The notes beneath the pieces were generated by a model, which made no database searches, had not been told where the DNA came from, and saw only the letters and a list, made by a program, of their open reading frames with translations. The translations under genes were made by a program, and so were the position numbers. Positions 56,301 through 64,000 of a DNA stretch of 64,000 nucleotides are shown here, piece by piece; within the stretch, counting starts at the first letter, position 1, and the number at the start of each line of letters is the position of its first letter. The stretch spans positions 21,204,001 to 21,268,000 of the forward strand of contig OX597830.1 in NCBI GenBank assembly GCA_951406725.2, written 5' to 3'. Source of the stretch: Octopus vulgaris. Lineage: Eukaryota.

Positions 56301-56489
56301 TAAATATATATTTATTTATATCGAGAGATAGATAGACAGATAGAAATATATAGATATATAATGGATTCAAGTAATCCGGTAGTACTCATAAAAACCTCCT
56401 TAATGTATCATTCTATATGACATATAGACTATATAAGCTGAGCAAAAGGTGTACGTACGCCGCTATATGTATATATAAATTAAAAAAAG

Positions 56490-56740
56490 AAACGGAACAA
56501 GAACGTAACGGATGACAATAAAAGCATACGGACAGATGGACGATACAAGGATGGACAGGAAAACCAGGACGAAACATTAGGGGCTTTCTTTCATCATTCA
56601 AGCTTCCAAACAGGCCGAAACTGTAATAATGACTTGAAGCTTGACTGATGAATAGAAAGTCACGAATGTTTCGTCCTGGTTTTCCTGTCCGTCTTTGTAT
56701 CGTCCATCTCTCCGTATGCTTTTATTGTTCCGTTTTTTTT
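56490..56740. repeat. Long foldback palindrome (~92-bp arms, ~29-nt loop)
   Basis: 56515-56606 is the near-perfect reverse complement of 56636-56728, with extra pairing aaacggaac/gttccgttt outside. Confidence 0.9.
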
Positions 56741-56974
56741 AAATTTCTTTTTTTTTTTGTTGTGTGGGGGATTATAATGATAAGGAATGCATAAACTTAT
56801 AAATGACAGAGAAATACTTTGATGACACTTTTTAAACAATAAGAAAACTCTAATATCACGACAAATTAGTCTGAAAGAAGTAAAGACAGAAGACAAAAGC
56901 TTTAAATATTTTTTGAAATCCTATGATGAGATGTTCTTTTTTCTTTCTCTTTCTTTTCCCCTTCTTTTCATTCC

Positions 56975-57182
56975 AACGAGCTGGCAGAATCATTAGCATG
57001 CTGGACGAAATGCTTAGCGCTATTTCGCCCGTCGCTCCGTCCCGAGTTCAAATTCCGCCGAGATCGACTTTGCCGCTCTTCCTTTTGGGGTCGATAAATT
57101 CAGTACCAGTGAGACACTGGGGTCGATGTAATCGACTAGTCCCCTCCGCCCAAATTTCAGCCATTTGCATAGAGAAGAAAAG

Positions 57183-57239
<57 letters not shown>

Positions 57240-57240
57240 T
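56975..57240 (+). mobile_element. SINE family A, CpG-intact, (ATT)n tail
   Basis: cgagctggcagaatcattagcatgctggacgaaatgcttagcgc...gagttcaaattccgccgagatcgactttgcc...(att)n. Confidence 0.85.
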
Positions 57241-57249
57241 TGTAAGGTT

Positions 57250-57612
57250 GGTACTTCTATTGGTCGCACGGGAACATAAACACACCAATACCAGTTGTCA
57301 AGCGGTGGCGAGGGACAAACAGACACAAAGGCACAAACACACACATACACACACGCATACACACATATATACGACGGGCTTCTTTCAGTTTCCGTCTACC
57401 AAATCCACTCACACGGCTTTGGTCGGGCCGAGGCTATAGTAGAAGACCCTTGCCCAAGGTGCAATGCCTGCGCCTGTATACTTGTATAATATACATACGA
57501 CTGTCTTCCACGCAGTTTCCAGGTTACCATATTCCCTCACGAGATACTGGGTGCGTCGAGGCTACAGTACAAGACACCTGCCCAAGGTGCCATGCAGTGG
57601 GACTGAACCTGA
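57250..57612 (-). mobile_element. Two partial SINE family B copies
   Basis: 57250-57475 and ~57495-57612 match the reverse complement of family B. Confidence 0.8.
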
Positions 57613-58150
57613 AACGCGGTTTCTTTGTAAAACGAGCTTTCTTTGTTCAAAAGAAAACTTTAAAACACAAGACACGTCCCTCCTGGCCCATCCCTCCACA
57701 TCCTTCCCATCCAATAGCATTAAACGTGAGTCAGTCAGGAAAGAGAATATCAAAATGGTGAGAGAATATTGTTGTTGTTTAATTTAAGAACAATTCTATT
57801 ATGATTAAAAGTGATTCCTGCTGTGACCATCCCGTTTTTTTTTTTTTTTCAAAACAACGTATTTTGAAATTCTATTATCGAATAATGGGACTGTTGGATG
57901 GGTGTGTTTCATTCGAGGTGAGTTCTAGGTGCTAATTCTAGCAGGTTAGGACGACGGCGTTACCGACGGTGGTTTTGAAAATTAATTCGATTCCAAAGGT
58001 CATCGGCAAGACAATGGCAAAAGGTTAAAGAACTCCTGGGGCGCCGTCGAAATATTAAAAGTGTACCGAAAGACAAATATGATGGAATGCAAACAGAAAT
58101 GAAGAATGGAACGGAAGTTTTTGATATACATACATAATACACGCGTACAG

Positions 58151-58211
<61 letters not shown>

Positions 58212-58522
58212 TACATATATGTATGTATTATGTGTGTATGTATGTATGTATGTATGTATGTATGGAAGTATGTATACCTATCACTAAATATATACATATA
58301 TCTACATCTACCTGTCCTGATATACATACATACATACATACATACATACATACATACATACATACATACATACATACATACATACTTCCATACATATATA
58401 TATATATCTAGGGAGAGTTTACGAAAAAAAACAAAAGACGAAGACAGGTGGTATATATATATATATATAAATATATACATACATACATACGTACGTACAT
58501 ATATTTATGTGTATATGTATGC

Positions 58523-58607
<85 letters not shown>

Positions 58608-58761
58608 TATATATATATACACACATATATATATATGTATATATGTATGTATATATATATATGTATGTATATACGCATATATGTATGTATGTCAATCACT
58701 AAATATATACATATATATCTAGACATCTCCTGATATATGTATGTGTGTGGGTGCATACACG

Positions 58762-58817
<56 letters not shown>

Positions 58818-59274
58818 ATGATGAATCAAGGATCGAAACAAAAATACGTTGTTTCTTTTTTCTTTTTTGCTTCTTGTTTTTGTCTCTAATAATAAAACTG
58901 ACTCAAACTTGTTAAGGAATAAAACACTCTTAAAACAATCCCACGCCCACACACTCTCCGATCAAAGTTCTCGATTCTCACCTTTTCCACAGACCAATAA
59001 CAATAGGTTGAGGGGAGACTTTACGACTTCATGTAGTTGCTCGAACTGACAGAAACAGCAGTCAAATATCCCTCGCGAAAGAAGACTACCCATACGTCCT
59101 TCATACACAGATTGTATATGGGCAAACGTAAAGGATGCAAGAATAAACGCAGGGCCTCTTCCTAGTAGCTGGATCTCCCTTAAACCACACATTAGTTTAA
59201 TTTATATACACCTGCGTATGGTCGCGTGTGTATGTGCCTATGTATTTATGTATGCATACTTATGTATATACATA

Positions 59275-59439
59275 GGCGTAGGAGTGGCTGTGTGGTAAGT
59301 AGCTTGCTTACCAGCCACATGGTTTCAGGTTCAGTCCCACTGTGTAGCACCTTGGGCAAGTGTCTTCTACTATAGCTTCGGGCCGACCAAAGCCTTGTGA
59401 GTGGATTTAGTAGACGGAAACTGAAAGAAGCCCGTCGTA

Positions 59440-59502
<63 letters not shown>

Positions 59503-59890
59503 GCGACAGGCTTCTTTCAGTTTCTGCCTAACAAATTCATTCAAAAGACTTTGGTCGGCCCGAAGATGTAGTAGAATTCACTTAACCAATGTGTCACGCA
59601 GTGGGACTGAACCTGGATCTATGTGGATGGGAAGGAAGCTTCTCATTTCTTTATTGCCCACAAGGGCTACACACAGAAGGGACAAACAAGGACAGATAAA
59701 AAGATTAAGTCGATTACATTGACCCCAGTGCGTAACTGGTACTTATTTAATCGACCGCAAAAGGATGAAAGGCAAAGTCGACCTCGGCGGAATTTGAACT
59801 CAGAACGTAGCGGCAGACGAAATACAGCTACGCATTTCGCCCGGCGTGCTAACGTTCTGCCAGCTCGCCGCCTTACCACACAGCCACGAC
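59275..59890. mobile_element. Convergent SINE B heads around (TA)n; the minus copy is interrupted by SINE A (59643-59873, minus)
   Basis: B(+) 59275-59437; B(-) 59503-59642 resuming as cttaccacacagccacg at ~59872-59890; the inserted A copy has the alternative tail gcccttgtgggcaataaagaaat. Confidence 0.85.
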
Positions 59891-60118
59891 TGTGTCAAGT
59901 GACCTATTCTGTCAAGGGTAGTCTTCATGAAGGCATGTAGTGTTTCTGGTGAGTTAGTTTACATACTTTGCTTTGGAACGACCTGTACGAACACGGCCAT
60001 GCTTTGGCATTCACGCCAGCCAAGCAAGAGCTTTCAATAACAATTTTCTTCTTTAAATTTTGGCACTGGGTCACTAGTTTTGAACGGATATATATGTATA
60101 TATGTATATATATATATA

Positions 60119-60173
<55 letters not shown>

Positions 60174-60235
60174 CGAAAGAATGAAAGACAAAGTCGACAT
60201 TGGCGGAATTGGAACGTAGAAACGTAAGAAGCCGG

Positions 60236-60826
60236 GCGAGCTAGCAGAAATGTTAGCACGCCGGGCGCAATGCTTAGCGTTATTTCGTCTGCTGTTACGT
60301 TCTGAGTTCAAATTCCGCCGAGGTCGACTTATCTTTCATCCTTTCGGAGTCGATAAATAAAATACCAGTTACGTACAGGGGTCGATGTAATCGATTTAAT
60401 CTCTTTGTCGTCCTTGTTTGTCCCCTCTATGTTTAGACCCTTGTGGGTAGTAAAGAAATAGGTATTTCGTCTGCCGTTACGTTCTGAGTTCAAATTCCGC
60501 CGAGGTCGTCTTTGCCTTTCAACCTTTCGGGGTCGATAAATTAAATACCAGTTACGCACTGGGGTCGATGTAATCGATTTAAACTCTTTGTCGTCCTTGT
60601 TTGCCCCCTCTATGTTTAGCCCCTTGTGGGTAGTGAAGAAATAGGTATTTCGTCTGCCGTTACGTTCTGAGTTCAAATTCCTACGAGGTCGACTTTGCCT
60701 TTCATCCTTTCGGGGTCGATAAATAAAATACCAGTTACGCACTGGGGTCGATGTAATCGATTTAATCTCTTTGTCGTCCTTGTTTGTCCCCTCTATGTTT
60801 AGCCCCTTGTGGGCAATAAAGAAATA
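60236..60826 (+). mobile_element. Trimeric SINE family A (one head + 3 x ~183-bp body) with 18-bp TSD
   Basis: Body units start at 60281, 60463 and 60646; TSD agaaacgtaagaagccgg at 60218-60235 and 60827-60844; inserted into an older minus-strand A copy (60171-60865). Confidence 0.9.
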
Positions 60827-61544
60827 AGAAACGTAAGAAGCCGGATGAAGTAACATTTGCATCAGAATAATTATATTCTGGAAGTCAAATTAACAAAAGA
60901 ATCTTTTACAACTGGCCACCTCACCTCATAACCCGCAGTCACCTCTCCGTTTTTATTTGTATTTTTTCATTTATTTATTTAATTTTTTTTTCTGATTTTT
61001 GTAACCCAGGACAAACAGACAGACAGACCCAAATATTTCATAAATTGATTTTTATTTACATACATTTCTGTCACTCAGCTTTCGTGAAACTGTTTACATA
61101 TATATATATATATATGTATATGTATTTGTACACACACATATACACATGTGTGTGTGTGTGAGTGTGTGCGTGTGTGTGAGTAAAGGTATGTTGTTACACG
61201 TGTATATAACACCTTGACAACCTGCATAACGATATCAATCAACTCTCTCTCACCTTAACTCTTTCTTCGACCTGTTCGCCATGAGAGACCGGACGGAGAC
61301 AGCTTCCCAGAAGGGGGTGGGGAGAGAACGAGAGAGAAAGAGAATGAGAGGGAAGGATAGGGGGGAAAAAGAGGGGGGTAGAGAGAAGAATGAGGAGAGG
61401 GAAAAAGAGAGGTGAGACGGGAGAAAACTGAGAGAGGCTATTTCTAAAGACGGCAGGTAGTGCAAACACGCATACATACAGATACACACACACACACACA
61501 CACAAATGCATGAAACATTAAAATATGTAAATATAAGCATATCT

Positions 61545-61565
61545 ATATCTATCTATCTACATACA

Positions 61566-61637
<72 letters not shown>

Positions 61638-61676
61638 TATATATATATTTATATATATGTATATATATATGTATAC

Positions 61677-61707
<31 letters not shown>

Positions 61708-61731
61708 TATGTATGTATATATATATATATG

Positions 61732-61775
<44 letters not shown>

Positions 61776-61814
61776 TAGATAGATAGATATCTATATATAT
61801 ATATATATATATAT

Positions 61815-61852
<38 letters not shown>

Positions 61853-62080
61853 GGTGACGATGGCAAGGTGGGTGGTGAGGTGGTGGTGCTGAGGTGGTGG
61901 CGGCCAGGTGGTGGTGGCGAGACGGTGGTGGTGAAGTGGTGGTGTTGTCGAGGCAATGGTGGTTGTCGTTGTGATGGTTCAATTCTCGTGGTGCTGGTGT
62001 TGGTGTTGGAGGTGATGGTGGCAGCGGTGGTGGCAGCGGTGGAAGCGGCGGCGGTGGCAGCTGCTGGTGGCGGCGGTGAC
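61545..62080. repeat. (TA)n/(GATA)n followed by a GGT/GGC-rich low-complexity tract
   Basis: Direct reading of the sequence. Confidence 0.9.
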
Positions 62081-62359
62081 GTTGGGTACCTCCAAAGTTA
62101 ATTATGCTTAGTGAAAGGTCAAACATCCTGTGTGGCCATGACCCGAAGCTGACGAAAGATCTTGTCGAAAGGTGTTAGTCATGTCTGGTACCTGGCTCTT
62201 CCCTCTTCTGCATTCACTCCCCGTCAAATAGGCATACCTGGCTGTTCTATGTTTTGTTTATAATAACCAACAATCTCCAATTCCTATTCTGTCTGTAGTC
62301 TCTGTTTAATGGATTTGCGATGAGTGATGCTGGTAAACATCTCTTTTTACTCACATTCT

Positions 62360-62398
<39 letters not shown>

Positions 62399-62443
62399 TG
62401 CGCGCGAAAGTCAAAGAGAACACTCAACTCATAGAGTAGAGTA

Positions 62444-62711
62444 AATATATAAAATAAATGCCTCCTTTTAAAGCCTAGCCAGGCTCATGGGCCCGGTTTC
62501 CCGGTTTCAATGGCGTATGTGTTCCCCCAAGCTGGACGAGACGCCAGTCCATCGCAGCGTAACTCATTTTTGCCAGCTGAGTGAACTGGAGCAACGTGAA
62601 ATGAAGTGTTTTGCTCAAGAACACAACGCGTCGCCCGGTCCAGAAATCGAAACCACAATCTTACGATCATGATGCTGACACCCTAACCACTAAGCCACGC
62701 GCCTCCACACG
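62444..62711 (-). mobile_element. SINE family D (tRNA head + CORE-like domain), full length
   Basis: Sense gtggaggcgcgtggcttagtggttaggg...gtgttcttgagcaaaacacttcatttcacgttgctccagttcactcagctg...ctgcgatggactggcgtc...gaaaccgggcccatgagcc; possible TSD gagtagagta/gagtagggta. Confidence 0.85.
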
Positions 62712-62940
62712 GAGTAGGGTAGAATTCACATATTAACGTCATCGCTTTAAGCCAGAAGCGCGAAGTAGTAATACTCTCATGAAGCTTTATATTATACACA
62801 CACACATGCACTCAAACACACAAACATACACATACACACACACATACACATATCACTTAGGCATAGATACTAATAACCTGGTGTTAGAATTCAATATACT
62901 AAACGTTCAGAAGAAGGCGCCAGTTGAATACAGAGCGTAA

Positions 62941-63243
62941 TCTTTATATATAAAAGTGAAGTTGTGTGAGTGTCTGTCTCCTACGATTTAGATTCCTAAC
63001 TACTCCCACATTTTGCGGTGCAGTTTAACCAAAACCGGGTATCTTATAGTCGTCATTCATATCGAGCCATTCTGGGTATTAGCGCGCGTCTACGATGAGT
63101 CTACGATAAAAAAAAAAAATTCCCATAATTTTTTCCCATTTTTAATGCATTTTTTGCTATTATATAAGGGAAGTAACTCTCCAAAAATGCTTATATAGTT
63201 ATTTCCTTTACAAACCCGAGCAACGCCGGGCGACACTGCTAGT
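62941..63243 (-). mobile_element. Short Helitron/Helentron-type non-autonomous element
   Basis: Sense actagcagtgtcg-cccggcgttgctcggg ... agacagacactcacacaacttcacttttatatataaaga; same 5' hairpin as the 55181 element. Confidence 0.7.
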
Positions 63244-63319
63244 AAGAAATAAAATAAATGGCAAAAGGAGAAGAAATTATATTATGAACTTCATTGCGTT
63301 ACAGCTGTTTCTGTTATGG

Positions 63320-63615
63320 TAGGCAATATTCCACCTGTTTCATGTTAAGACTGGCCAGATCTGGCCTCTTACATCTATCTCACATTGTCGTTCTAAAAAC
63401 AAGCAATCTTATCGTTGAAATCTCAAAGCTATGAGGTAATGTACGATTAATTCAAATGAACGTGAATAAATAAAGCATTACATTTCACAGGTTTATATAT
63501 TTAACAAAAGGGTTAAGCTGGCTATATTCGGCCAATATATTCTACTCGTTCCATGTTCAAACCAGCCAGGTGTAGCTCCACACACCTATCTCAAAATGCC
63601 ATTCTCAAAATAAAC
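63320..63615. mobile_element. Two adjacent partial piggyBac-type MITE copies
   Basis: Homologous to 25973-26190; the first ends aaagggttaa at ~63515. Confidence 0.65.
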
Positions 63616-63619
63616 ATAG

Positions 63620-63830
63620 GTCCAGGGATGGCTATGTGGTAAGAAGTTTGCTCCACAACCACATTGTTCCGGGTTCAGTTCCTCTGCGTGGCACCTTGGG
63701 AAAGTGTCTTCAACTATAGCCTCGGGCCGACCAAAACCTTGTGAGTGGATTTGGCAGACGGAAACTGAAAGAAGCCTGTCGTACACACACACACATACAT
63801 AATATGTGTGTGTGTGTGTGTGTGTGTGTT
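63620..63830 (+). mobile_element. SINE family B head ending in its internal microsatellite
   Basis: gatggctatgtggtaagaagtttgc...ggcaccttgggaaagtgtc...gaaagaagcctgtcg then (CA)/(TG)n. Confidence 0.85.
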
Positions 63831-63839
63831 CCAGAATCT

Positions 63840-64000
63840 GTTCTACTCTAGGCACAAGGCCTGAAATTTTGGGGGAGAGGGCCAGTCGACTAATCGACCC
63901 CAGTACACAACTGGTATTTAATTTATCAACCCCGAAAGGTTGAAAGGCAAAGTCGATCTCGGCGGAATTTGAACTCAGAACGTAAAGACAGACGAAATAC
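63840..64000 (-). mobile_element. SINE family A, cut by the window edge
   Basis: ttctactctaggcacaaggcctgaaatttt...aaaggcaaagtcgatctcggcggaatttgaactcagaacg. Confidence 0.9.

Noticed and set aside
60329-60862. 177-aa ORF with three internal repeats
   Set aside because: Antisense translation of the trimeric SINE; the repeat comes from the ~183-bp DNA unit.

Overview
Eukaryotic, very AT-rich, microsatellite-saturated genomic DNA. The tRNA-derived SINE families and repeat landscape look like Octopus (coleoid cephalopod); this is from recall, not a database search. No intact protein-coding gene is visible, and nearly all listed ORFs are microsatellite or SINE artefacts. Recognisable protein remnants are all from transposons: a Penelope-like element (RT + GIY-YIG, ~41.9-43.9 kb), an R4/Dong-type LINE C-terminus (~29.9-30.5 kb), an RTE LINE 3' end with an inverted upstream piece (~54.3-54.8 kb) and a Tc1 transposase HTH (~49.3-49.6 kb). 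The window also has at least six SINE or SINE-like families, Tc1/mariner- and piggyBac-type MITEs, two Helitron/Helentron-type non-autonomous elements, and several foldback or Penelope-terminal fragments carrying hammerhead-ribozyme-like motifs. The best of these motifs (53983-54026, minus strand) has a compensatory U3-A8 core. The window splits into two domains. About 1-42 kb is CpG-poor and 3'UTR/intron-like, with family-A SINEs almost all on +, and it ends near a strong poly(A) signal at ~41.7 kb. About 44-64 kb retains CpG and has repeats in both orientations. This suggests the 3' end of a methylated transcription unit followed by intergenic DNA.
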